Part shown: positions 30,013-41,789 of the stretch, in pieces | Numbering within the stretch: the stretch's first letter is position 1 | How the letters are laid out: each line of letters starts with the position of its first letter | Notes under the pieces: model-generated | What the model was told of the DNA's origin: nothing | Seen by the model: only the letters and a program-made list of their open reading frames with translations | Databases searched by the model: none | Program-made: the position numbers and the translations under genes | Origin: Octopus vulgaris | Taxonomy: Eukaryota | Length of the DNA stretch: 64,000 nt | Assembly: GCA_951406725.2 (NCBI GenBank) | Contig: OX597830.1 | Span: forward strand, 1,426,001-1,490,000 | Direction: 5' to 3'

Positions 30013-31349
30013 TTACAACACTATGACTAGGTGCTGAAACGGCTGCTCAACCACTCAAATGTGGAAGTGATATATCTCGACTTTGCAAAGGCCTTTGATA
30101 AAGTCGATCATGGAATGATATGTCACAAACTGCGTGATCTCAACATGGTTGGAAAACTGGGAGAATGTCTTCATGACTTTCTGAAGGATAGAAGTCAGGT
30201 GGTAGTATCCAATGGGGCCACTTCCATTAACACACAAATAGTGAGCGGTGTTCCGCAGGGCACTGTTCTCGGTCCACTACTGTTCATAATGGCCCTCTCA
30301 GACATGCCCTCAGCCACGCAGAGAGCCACGAACACAAGTTATGCAGATGATACAAAAGTTTCAAAGGCAATACAGAACCCTGAGGACACTAAACACCTGC
30401 AATGTGAGCTGGACAAAATATACAAGTGGGCTGAGAAGAATAGCATGCAGTTCAATGCTGGAAAGTTTCAAGCTTTATACTATCAGCATGCAAAACTGAA
30501 TGCAATACTCAATGAATACACTGGACCCGGAGGGATTGCAATTCCAGAGGCACAATCACTGCGTGACCTGGGTATTCACATGAGTGATGACGCGACCTTT
30601 CATGTACATGTTGCTAAACTGACAATGAAATGTAGACGGCTGGCTGGATGGATTCTTAGAACCTTTAGAACAAGAGAACAAGAAACCATGATGGTCCTCT
30701 GGAAGAGACTTGTCCTAGGCCACTTTGACTATTGCTCTCAGCTATGGTCACCATCCAGTGTCAAGCTGATCACAGAACTTGAGGTGATCCAACGAAGCTA
30801 CACGAAGAAGATAGCCTCTGTGCAGCATATGCGCTACTGGGAGAGACTCAAGAGATTAAAGCTCTATTCCTTGGAGCGTAGGCGGGAAAGATATGCCATA
30901 ATATACATCTGGAAGATCCTGGAAGGTCTTGTCCCAGACTTTGGCATCGAGAGTCACACAAATGCCAGAACCGGACGCCACTGCGTAGTACCAAGGACTC
31001 CAAATTTGCCATCAAGATGTAGGACAAGATATTGTGATAGCCTGGGCTTCAGAGGCCCACGGCTCTTCAATATCCTCCCGAAGAACCTGAGGGACCTGCA
31101 TGGTGTGGATGCGGATGTCTTTAAAGTAGGACTGGATCTCTTCCTGTCAGGTATCCCGGATGAACCAACTTCACGGCAGGAGGTGCAGATGAGAGCAGCT
31201 GCATCGAACTCTCTCATGCACCAGATGGCGTTTGCCAACAAACGTCCGTGAGGTAAAACCGTGTAGCAAACCAAATGGCGGTGCCCCAGCATGGCCACAG
31301 CTCATTAGCTGAAACTGGAAAAATCAAAATCAAATCAAAATCAAAATCA
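30013..31349 (+). mobile_element. CR1/L2-group LINE copy E (RT 3' half, AAAATC tail)
   Basis: ORF 30031-31251 with DFAKAFD, GVPQG and YADD. Confidence 0.95.
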
Positions 31350-31440
31350 TATATATATATACATATATATATATACATATATATATATACATATATATAT
31401 ACATATATATATATATATATTTACACATATATATATATAC

Positions 31441-31486
<46 letters not shown>

Positions 31487-31490
31487 GTAC

Positions 31491-31523
<33 letters not shown>

Positions 31524-31524
31524 C

Positions 31525-31555
<31 letters not shown>

Positions 31556-31940
31556 CATATAATAATAAAAGGGTGAAATTAATTAATTAGGGATAATTAT
31601 CAATTACACCAAGTAGATTTCGGTATGTAAAAGCCCCATTCGAGGAAAATTTAAGTAATACTAAGTAATTAAGGGTTTAGCAACGAATTGCCTCACCAAC
31701 ACACCGAATTTAGAAATAGCAGTCAAAGAGATATAGCTCTTCCTTCTACTAAAAGGGGGATCTCAGCAAAAACACAGCACTTAAAAGGCAAACACAGACA
31801 GGTAAGAAAGAAAGAATGAAATGACGGCAATCTTTGAATTTCGTGGTACTGGTCATGCTTTGGCTCGCTCTGATACTGAGTTGAGATGACGCATTCTAGT
31901 ATCTCAAAATTTAATATACAATTATTCACAATTGTAGTAT

Positions 31941-32032
31941 CCTGCGCCGATGAGAGAAGAAGTCTGGGTAAAGTAGAATTTTCTAATTCTTATGATATCC
32001 TAAAACTTGATCTCGAAACGTACGTCTGTAGG
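31941..32032 (+). ncRNA. Type I hammerhead ribozyme motif (copy 1, U4C core)
   Basis: CCTGCG CCGATGA GAGA-[53 nt]-TCTC GAAA CGTACG TC TGTAGG. Predicted cleavage after 32026. Confidence 0.8.
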
Positions 32033-32529
32033 TAACTTAAAATTGCATGATGGATTGCCGTCATTTCATTCTTTCTTTCTTACCTGTCTGTGTTTGCCTT
32101 TTAAGTGCTGTGTTTTTGCTGAGATCCCCCTTTTAGTAGAAGTAATAGCTATATCTCTTTGACTGCTATTTCTAAATTCGGTGTGTTGGTGAGGCAATTC
32201 GTTGCTAAACCCTTAATTACTTAGTATTACTTAAATTTTCCTCGAATGGGGCTTTTACATACCGAAATCTACTTGGTGTAATTGATAATTATCCCTAATT
32301 AATTAATTTCACCCTTTTATTATTACTGATAACCATATTTTATCCCAGTAAATGACCACAGCATTTTGTCTTGGCTACACGCGGGTGGAAGGGGGCTGGT
32401 GACACAAACTTTCATTCAATCTTTGAATTTCGTGGTACTGGTCATGCTTTGGCTCGCTCTGACACTGAGTTGAGATGACGCATTCTAGTATCTCAAAATT
32501 TAATATACAATTATTCACAATTGTAGTAT

Positions 32530-32621
32530 CCTGCGCCGATGAGAGAAGAAGTCTGGGTAAAGTAGAATATTCTAATTCTTATGATATCCTAAAACTAGAT
32601 CTCGAAACGTACGTCCGTAGG
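32530..32621 (+). ncRNA. Type I hammerhead ribozyme motif (copy 2, U4C core)
   Basis: Same as copy 1, with stem I CCTGCG/CGTAGG fully paired. Predicted cleavage after 32615. Confidence 0.82.
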
Positions 32622-32912
32622 TAACTTAAAATTGCATGATGGATTGCCGTCATTTCATTCTTTCTTTCTTACCTGTCTGTGTTTGCCTTTTAAGTGCTGT
32701 GTTTTTGCTGAGATCCCCCTTTTAGTAGAAGGAATAGCTATATCTCTTTGACTGCTATTTCTAAATTTGGTGTGTTGGTGAGGCAATTCGTTGCTAAACC
32801 CTTAATTACTTAGTATATATACATATATGTAGGTCCCGGGTTGATTCGGGGTTAACCACAGTAAATAAGGTACTCAATACATAGCAGAGTAAAATTAATT
32901 TATTATATAGAA

Positions 32913-32966
32913 GGAGCTTCTACAGGACTAGAACTGTTTCATTCGAGAGAAATCATCAGGGCTGCA
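32913..32966 (-). ncRNA. Hammerhead-like motif, stem I partly disrupted
   Basis: Minus strand: gcagcc CTGATGA tTTC-tctc-GAAt GAAA CAG-ttctagtc-CTG TA gaagct. Confidence 0.55.
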
Positions 32967-33669
32967 TAAAATCGACGAAATAACTTGGCAAATCACTCAC
33001 AAAACGTAGAAATTGTTACTTTATAGACGTGTACCTGGATATTTGCTTAGAAGCCGCAATATATTTCTGCCACAAGTCAAGTATTGACACAAGGATCTCT
33101 TCCTGTCGAAACGCACGTGGAGTCTTCTAAATTTATTTCCAGTCGATAAGTACCCTAATTCCTGTTTATATCTCCGCAAAAAACGTATCACAAATTCTTG
33201 TTTTACTGTTAATTTCGTTATATCTATTATCTATAAATTACCTGTTAAACTCTGTAAAATCTCTTGGCTTGTTTTCTTTCAGCTGTTTTATTATTATTAT
33301 TTATCATTATTATTATTCTATTTTATTATCTATTATTATTATCACTTGTTAAATATATGTGTGTGTATATATGTGTATGTGTTATATATATATATGTGTG
33401 TGTGTATATACTATATATATATAAACTCTGTAAAATCTCCTGGCCTGTTTTCTTTCAGCTGTTTTATTTTTATTTTTATTTTTATTTTTATTATTATTTT
33501 ATAATTACTTACTATTATTACTTTTGTTTATATATGTTTTATTATTATTTTTGTTTCTTTATATACTCACTTGTTACTCTTGTCTATATATGTACATGTG
33601 CACACGTGTATGCACGTGTGTATGTGTGTGTGTGTATACATGTGTATGTCCCAATAGCTTCGTTTAGAA

Positions 33670-34298
33670 TTCTGTCTGTCTCTTCAGTTCTCTCCCTTAC
33701 CCTTCTCTGTCTGTCTCTTCAGTTCTCTCCCTTACGCTTCTCTGTCTGTCTCTTCAGTTCTCTCCCTTACGCCCCTCCTTGGCCCAAGAGCTTCTTTTAG
33801 AATTCTGTCTGTCTCTTCAGATCTCTCCATTACGCTTCTCTGTCTGTCTCTTCGGTTCTCTCCCTTGCGCTTCTCTGTCTGTCTCTTCGGTTCTCTCCCT
33901 TACGCCTCTCCTTGTCGATTCTACCTTACTCTCCTCTCTCAGCTCTCAATCTCTCTCTGAGGGCATAGACGCTTTCTCTATCTTCCTTCAGCACTCAGTC
34001 TCTCCTCTTCCTCTTCTCTCTTGCTCTCTTCTCTTGGCTCCCAATCTCTCCTTAAGTACATGGACGCTCTCTATTGCACTATTGGATTAATATAACTTAA
34101 TATAATTAGATAGATAGATAGATAGATAGATAAAATATCTCTCCTCTTCCTCTTCTCTCTTGCTCTCTTCTCTTGGCTCCCAATCTCTCCTTAAGTACAT
34201 AGACGCTCTCTTTCTCTATTACCCCCTACCCCCCTATTGCACTATTGGATTAATATAACTTAATATAATTAGATAGACAGATAGATAGATAAAATATC
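33670..34298 (+). repeat. LINE 5'UTR tandem repeats (about 33-bp CT-rich units; 140-160-bp duplication ending in (GATA)n)
   Basis: CTGTCTGTCTCTTCAGTTCTCTCCCTTACGCTTCT about six times; 34000-34139 duplicated at 34140-34298. Confidence 0.85.
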
Positions 34299-34302
34299 AA
34301 GA

Positions 34303-35155
34303 ATGTCCAGAGCCTGGAAATGTGATGAACTGGCGTGGTTCCTGCGAGGATGGCAATGCGCTGACGGAGAAAGTCCAAGTAACATAATTGCGGCAGCACT
34401 AAGGAACAAAGGATTCAAAAGGACGTCAGCACAAATAGAGCGGAGGAGGCAAGAGTTCGTACGCTCATACGCACTTGTCAGATCGCACATAAACACACTG
34501 GATGCCATTTTTAACAGCGAAAAACGCGAACAAAGTAAAGATGGCAAGGATGGAGACGCGGGCGCAGATGAGGAGGGTCACCCCCACCTGGTGGACGCCC
34601 AGGAAGAAAACTCCAGCGAGAGGCGTGCCCGGGAGGTGAACCCAGGTACGGATGCTCCTACCGGCACCAAAAGCCATGGACATGGAGATGAAGAAGCCAA
34701 AAAAAAGAGGAAAAACTGAAGCAAAAACTCAGACAAAGCCAAGGGGCAAGGCAGCCAGGGATAGAGGCAAACCTAACTATACATATGCCAAAAAGGATGG
34801 AAACAAGCAGCGCACACGGGTATGTAGGTTCTACCTGAAAGGTGCCTGCCGGCATGGAGAGGAAGGTGCAGGCTGCCGCTTTGCACATCCGGGACCCTGC
34901 CACAGAAACCAACCACCGAAAGGAAATGGGATGGACCACGCATCACTTGCCCCAAAACGGAGGTACGCAGATGTGGTGCGTACCACAAACCACCAACGTG
35001 TTGTTGAAAGGGCAGCTGCTGAGCAGGAATCTTTTTTGTGCATGGCACAAAAAAGCAGATGGAACTGCCCACGGTTCACAAGACCGCCAAGGCAGATGGA
35101 CCCAGGGTGGACACCGCCGGCAACAGCATACACCTCACCTCGATGCTCCTACTGA
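34303..35155 (+). pseudogene. LINE ORF1 (split into two frames) with a CCCH zinc finger
   Basis: ORFs 34303-34719 and 34652-35155; CRFYLKGACRHGEEGAGCRFAH is C-x7-C-x8-C-x3-H. Confidence 0.75.
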
Positions 35156-37877
35156 ACATCAGAGGACTACTAACACACAGTAACAGGACAAAAGTCCCGT
35201 TCCTGAGAGACTTTGTCGCAAGCAATCAAGCCTTATGCATAGCACTCACAGAAACGCATGTGAAACCGGACATAGCAGATGCGGAATTACACATACCACA
35301 GTATGTTGTACTACGGACCGACAGGAAAGAAAGGAGTCATGGAGGAGTTGCCATGTACATCCGTGGGGACCTCACACCCCAGGTCCTTTTGTCATACTCA
35401 AACTCGGTGTGTGACACACTAATTGTACACATAAGGCAACTTGATATAGTTGTGTGTGCTACATATCGCCCTCCAGATGCCCCAAGTCATATGGGCAAGT
35501 TTGAGGACTGCCTTTTAAAAATAGAAGAAGTTCTAACCACATTAGAACAACACATAAGTGTACTTCTCATGGGAGACTTCAATCTACCGAATGTCAGATG
35601 GCCCGAGGGCCTTTCTCTCCCAGGAATGACAAGATGTGAACGAGGACAGGCGAGGTCCCTCCTGAACCTCACCAACACATTGTACATGGAGCAAGTAATA
35701 CTCCAACCAACCAGAGCAGGTAACACACTGGATCTCTGCTTCACAAATAATATGGATCTCATCCATAATGTGAAAGTGACACCGACACTACTCTCGGATC
35801 ACAACATGGTAGAGCTGACCATGTACGGGCCAAAAGAGAGCACGGACATGCAGCCTACAAGAAACCCTCAGAATCTTTCCAGCTTGAACTTCAATAAGGC
35901 AAACTGGAAACAAATTGAGAAAGAGATCCTCAAACAAAACTGGCCTGAATGTCTCTCCTCGCCGGACATCGACATGATACTTCAACAATTCATGTCTGTA
36001 ATGCAAGCCATATGCTACAAATGTGTCCCAGAGAGAAAGGCCACTGTACACAAGAACAAAATCCCCAGAGAGAGGAAAATTTTAATGAGACGGCGTACAA
36101 AAATTTCAAATTTCCTAAACAAACAAATTGAAAGCAGTGAAAAGTCCCGCCTGAAAATAAAACTGTTGGAAATTGAAAATTGTCTGCAACTCTCCCATGA
36201 GAAGGAAAGAGCAGACAAAGAAGCCTGGGCTATAGACAACATAAAAACTAACCCCAGAGCTTTCTACAGGTATGCCAAAGTAACAGCTACGGTGCACTGT
36301 AGGATAGGGCCACTCCTTGAAAAGGATGGCACACTCACAGGAAAACCAATGAGGGTAAGTGAAATACTGAATGAACAATTCAAGAGTGTTTTCACTCCAC
36401 CCCTTGGGCATTTCCAAATCAGCAATCCAACTGACTTCTTTACCACTGCAGATATAGAATCAGAGGCGGCGACGATAAATTACATCGATATAAAGGAAGA
36501 CGATGTAATAAAGGCTATAGATGAAATGAAAACAGACTCAGCTATTGGCCCCGATGGATTCCCGGCAATCCTCCTAAAAGTATGTAAGAGAGTATTAGCA
36601 AGACCACTGCAGTTCCTCTTTCAGAGCTTCCTTGCAGCTGGCAAACTTCCAAGAAAACTGAAGGAAGGTAAAATATGCCCTATTCATAAAGGAGGTAGCA
36701 GAGCGGAGGCCAAGAACTACAGACCTATCTCTCTGACCTAACACATCAGCAAGATCATGGAACGAATAGTCAGAAGGAAACTAATCACCTTCCTTGAAGA
36801 AAATGACTTGCTGCCTAACACCCAACATGGTTTCCGACCAGGAAGAAGCTGCTTAACTCAGCTCCTGCAGCACTATGACTGGGTGCTGAAACTACTGCTC
36901 AACCACTCAAATGTGGAAGTCATATATCTCGACTTCGCAAAGGCCTTCGATAAAGTCGATCATGGAATGATATGTCACAAACTGCGTGATCTTGGCATAG
37001 TTGGAAAACTAGGAGAATGGCTTCACGACTTTCAGAAGAATAGAAGTCAGGTGGTAGTAGCCAATGGGGCCACTTCCATTAGTACGCAAATAGTGAGCGG
37101 TGTTCCACAGGGCACTGTTTTGGGACCACTACTGTTCATAATGGCCCTCTCAGACATGCCCTCAGCCACGCGGAGAGCCACGATCACAAGTTATGCAGAT
37201 GATACAACAGTTTCACAGGCAATACAGAACCCTGAAGACACTAGGCACCTGCAATATGAGCTGTACGAAATATACAAGTGGGCTGAAAAGAATAGCATGC
37301 AGTTCAATGCTGAAAAGTTTCAAGCTTTATACTATCAGCATGCAAAACTGAATGCAATACCCAAGGAATACACTGGACCCGGAGGGATTGCAATCCCAGA
37401 GGCACAATCAGTGCGTGACCTCTATGCAGAATGTAGATAGCCTTTATGCAGAATGTAAGCTACTGGGAAAGACTCAAGAGATTAAAATTATATTCCCTGG
37501 AGCGTAGGCGGGAAAGATATGCCATAATATACATCTGGAAGATCCTGGAGGGAAGTGTCCTGAACTTTAGCATCGAGAGTTACGCAAATGCCAGAACTGG
37601 GCGCCACTGCGTGGTGCCTAGGACTCCAAACTTGCCATCAAGATGTAGGACAAGATTCTGTGATAGCCTGGGCTTCCGAGGCCCACAGCTCTTCAATATC
37701 CTCTCGAAGAACCTGAGAGACCTGCATGCGGTGGATACAGATGTCTTTAAAATGGAGCTGGATCTCTTCCTGTCAGGTGTCCCAGATGAACCAACTTCAC
37801 GGCAGGAGGGGCAGATGAGGGCAGCTGCATCGAACTCTCTCATGCACCAAATAGCAGTTGCTAGAAAGCCTCCATGA
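35143..37877 (+). pseudogene. LINE ORF2 (APE endonuclease + RT), disrupted
   Basis: LLNIRGL, LTETH, DR..GGVAMYI, YRPP, GDFNLP, TLDL, SDHN. RT motifs in 36757-37440; C-terminus in 37446-37877. Confidence 0.95.
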
Positions 37878-38376
37878 AGTGAAACCAAGTAGCAACACCA
37901 AATGGCGGTGCCCCAGCATGGCCACAGCTCATAAGCTGAAACTAGAATCAATCAATCAATCAATCAATATATATATATATACATATATATACATATACAT
38001 ATATATACATATACATATATATATATACATATATATATATACATATATATATATACATATATATATATACATATATATATATACATATATATATATACAT
38101 ATATATATATATACATATATACATATATATATATACATATATATATATATACACATATATATACATATATATATATATACATATATATATATACATATAT
38201 ATATACACATATATATATACATATATATATACATATATATATACATATATATATACATATATATATACATATATATATATACATATATATATACACATAT
38301 ATATATACATATATATATACATATATATATACATATATATATATATACATATATATATATACATATATATATATAC

Positions 38377-38429
<53 letters not shown>

Positions 38430-38441
38430 CATATATATATA

Positions 38442-38477
<36 letters not shown>

Positions 38478-38850
38478 TATATATATACATATATATATAT
38501 ACACATATATATATATACATACATATATATACATAGGTACATATATACATACATATATATATATATACATACATATATATATATATACATATATATATAC
38601 ATATATATATATATACATATATACATACATATATATATATATACATATATACATACATATATATATATATACATATATACATACATATATATATACATAT
38701 ATACATACATATATACATATATATACATATATATATATATACATATATATATACATATATATATATACATATATATGTATATACATATATATATATATAC
38801 ATATATATACATATATATATATACATATATATATATACATATATATATAC

Positions 38851-38925
<75 letters not shown>

Positions 38926-39033
38926 TATATACATATATATATATACATATATATGTATATACATATATATATATATACATATATATACATATATATATAC
39001 ATATATATATACACATATATATATACATATATA

Positions 39034-39098
39034 TGATTGATTGATTGATTGATTCTAGTTTCAGCTTATGAGCTGTGGCCATGCTGGGGCACCGCCAT
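39034..39098 (-). mobile_element. CR1/L2-group LINE copy G (65-bp extreme 3' end)
   Basis: (GATT)n followed by CTAGTTTCAGCTTATGAGCTGTGGCCATGCTGGGGCACCGCCAT, within a TA tract. Confidence 0.9.
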
Positions 39099-39444
39099 AT
39101 ATATACATATATATTCATATGTATATACATATATATATATATACATATATATTCATATGTATATACATATATATATATACATATATACATATATACATAT
39201 ATATATACATATATATATATACATATATATATATACATATATATATATACATATATATATATACATATATATATACCTATATATATATACATATATATAT
39301 ACATATATATATATACATATATATATATACATATATATATATACATATATATATATACATATATACATATATATATATACATATATATATATACATATAT
39401 ATATACATATATATATATACATATATATATACACATATATATAC

Positions 39445-39475
<31 letters not shown>

Positions 39476-39530
39476 CATATATATATATATACATACATAT
39501 ATATATATATACATACATATATATACTTAC

Positions 39531-39561
<31 letters not shown>

Positions 39562-39636
39562 CATACATATTCATATATATATACATATATATTCATATAT
39601 ATATACATATACATATATACATATGTATATATTCAT

Positions 39637-40306
39637 ATATCAACAATTGAGGGTAAAATTAATTAATTAATCAATTTCACCAAGTGTTCAGTATGTAAAA
39701 GGACCATTTAAGGCGAATTCAAAATATTACATTATATAAATAGGGCTTAGTAAAATAAATTACTTTTCCACATACTGAACTTAGTAGAAATAGCAGCCAA
39801 AGAAAATTTTTGTTAGCATTTCTACTACTCAAAGAAAATTTCTCTCAGATAATGTTTACTCCAAACAGCTCACGAAGGTTTGGGGGTAAATACAGAAAAA
39901 TATCACAAGTACATAGATCGTTTGTGTACGTCAACGTTTCAAGATTAGCCAAAGAAAATCAGCATTTCTTTCGTCAGCTCAAAATTTCTTAATTTGGATT
40001 TGGAAACACTAAAATGAAGGAACTTTACCTATCAGCGTACTTGTCGCTTCAGATGAACAACTCCAACTAAACAGAGTCAACAAATTCAAAATGCGCAGGC
40101 GTAAAATTCTGCACTCCCCATTCCACCCACGTGGTCTATCTGGCAAACATTATATTTTAACCGTGAGAACCGAGGCAGTATGACCCAGAGAAATGAATTA
40201 TAATATCAACAATTGAGGGTAAAATTAATTAATTAATCAATTTCACCAAGTGTTCAGTATGTAAAAGGACCATTTAAGGCGAATTCAAAATATTACATTA
40301 TATAAA
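39637..40306 (-). mobile_element. Non-coding retrozyme-type element, 566-bp unit with about 104-bp terminal direct repeat
   Basis: 39637-39740 repeats at 40203-40306. Shares homologous blocks with the 589-bp element and contains a hammerhead motif. Confidence 0.8.
39921..39983 (-). ncRNA. Type I hammerhead ribozyme motif (canonical core)
   Basis: Minus strand: TTTGAG CTGACGA AAGA-[22 nt]-TCTT GAAA CG-TTGA-CG TA CACAAA. Stem I is 5/6 paired. Confidence 0.78.
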
Positions 40307-40456
40307 ATTATACATTCATATATATATATACATATGTATATATACATATATATTCATATATATATACATATATATATATATACATATATATACATATATA
40401 TACATTTACATACATATATATACATATATATACATTTACATACATATATATACACA

Positions 40457-41513
40457 TAAATCCTTAAATCCTTAAAAATGTTTTCAGCCCGAAGGCCGCG
40501 GCCATGCTAGGGCACCACCGCTGAATGAGCTACACTAGTTTGTGAATCCACCTCTGATACGTGGCACTTGATCAACAAAGGAGTTCGATGCTGCTGCCCG
40601 CATCCGTGTCTCCTGACGTGAGGTAGGTTCATCTGGGACTCCCAACAAGAAGAGATCCAGTTTAGTTTTAAAGAAACCCACATCCACACCATGTAAGTCT
40701 CTCAGGCATTTAGGGAGGATGTTAAAGAGCTGTGGTCCTCTGAAACCCAAGCTGTTGCAGTATCTGGACCTGTATTTTGATGGTGATGTTGGAATCCTTG
40801 GCACCACGCAGCGGCGCCTCGTTCTGCGGTTGGAGTAACTTTGAATGCCAAAGTTTGGGACAAGACCCTCCAGGATTTTCCAGATGTATATCACTGCATA
40901 TCTCTCCCGCCTCCGCTCCAGGGAGAAGAGGTTTAATACCTTCAGTCTTTCCCAGTAGCTGACATTTTGCATTGAGACGATTTTCTTTGTGTAGCTTCTC
41001 TGAGTTGCTTCGAGTTCTGCTGTTTGTTTTATATTGTGTGGTGACCAGAGTTGGGAGCAGCAGTCCAAGCGGCTGAGGACAAATGTTTTCCATAGGACCA
41101 TCAGTGTCTCCTTCTCTCTTGTTCTGAAAGTTCGGAGAATCCATCCAGCTAGCCGTCTGCATTTTATCACCAGATTAGCAATATGCATTTGGAAAGATGC
41201 ATCATTGCTCATGTCAATGCCCAGGTCACGCACTGATTTTGACTCAGGGATTGCAATTCTTCCTGGGCCAGTGTATCCAGTCTTCACGTCATTTACCTTT
41301 GTGTGCCAGTAGCGCAGGGCCTGGAACTTACCTGCATTAAACTGCATGTTGTTGTCCTCAGCCCACTTGTATATTGTGTCCAGCTCATGTTGCAGATGCG
41401 CAATATTTTCAGGGTTTTGTATTGCGTGGGAGACTTTTGTGTCATCTGCATAGCTAGCAAGGGTGGTCATCGTAGCAACTGAAGGCATGTCTGAAAGGGC
41501 CACTATGAACATC
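40457..41513 (-). mobile_element. CR1/L2-group LINE copy H (another subfamily, TTTAAGGA tail)
   Basis: [14 protein letters not shown]...[14 protein letters not shown]...RAAASNS. Confidence 0.94.
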
Positions 41514-41789
41514 ATATACACATATACACATATATATACATATATATGCACATATATATACATACATATACACATATATATACATACATATACACATATA
41601 TATACATACATATACACATATATATACATACATATACACATATATATACATACATATACACATATATATACACATATATATATATACATATACACATATA
41701 TATATACATATACACATATATATACATACATACATATATATACATATACACACACATATATATATATATATATTTGTATGTATATGCAT

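Larger units (their letters stand above)
31560..32815 (+). mobile_element. Non-coding Penelope-like/retrozyme-type element: about 1.7 tandem copies of a 589-bp unit plus a 5' inverted segment
   Basis: 31828-32226 repeats at 32417-32815 (period 589). 31560-31832 is the reverse complement of 32053-32325. Each unit carries a hammerhead motif; no long ORF. Confidence 0.85.
33651..37968 (+). mobile_element. Near full-length CR1/L2-group LINE copy F (5'UTR repeats, ORF1, APE-RT ORF2, (AATC)n tail), inactivated
   Basis: ORF1 and ORF2 present. Nonsense TCA>TAA at 36739-36741. About 250-bp deletion near 37420 relative to copy D. Confidence 0.95.

Noticed and set aside
31560-32325. Interpretation as a MITE with 270-bp TIRs, or as an LTR element
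   Set aside because: The right arm is internal to a tandem unit that continues; no TSD, TG..CA ends or PBS.
33085-33125. Further GAAACG-type motifs (33107, 49215, about 10420-10470, 16475)
   Set aside because: Core or stems are too degenerate to call a hammerhead by eye.
33670-33905. Regularly spaced 33-bp repeats (CRISPR-like)
   Set aside because: No unique spacers or cas genes; eukaryotic LINE 5'UTR minisatellite.
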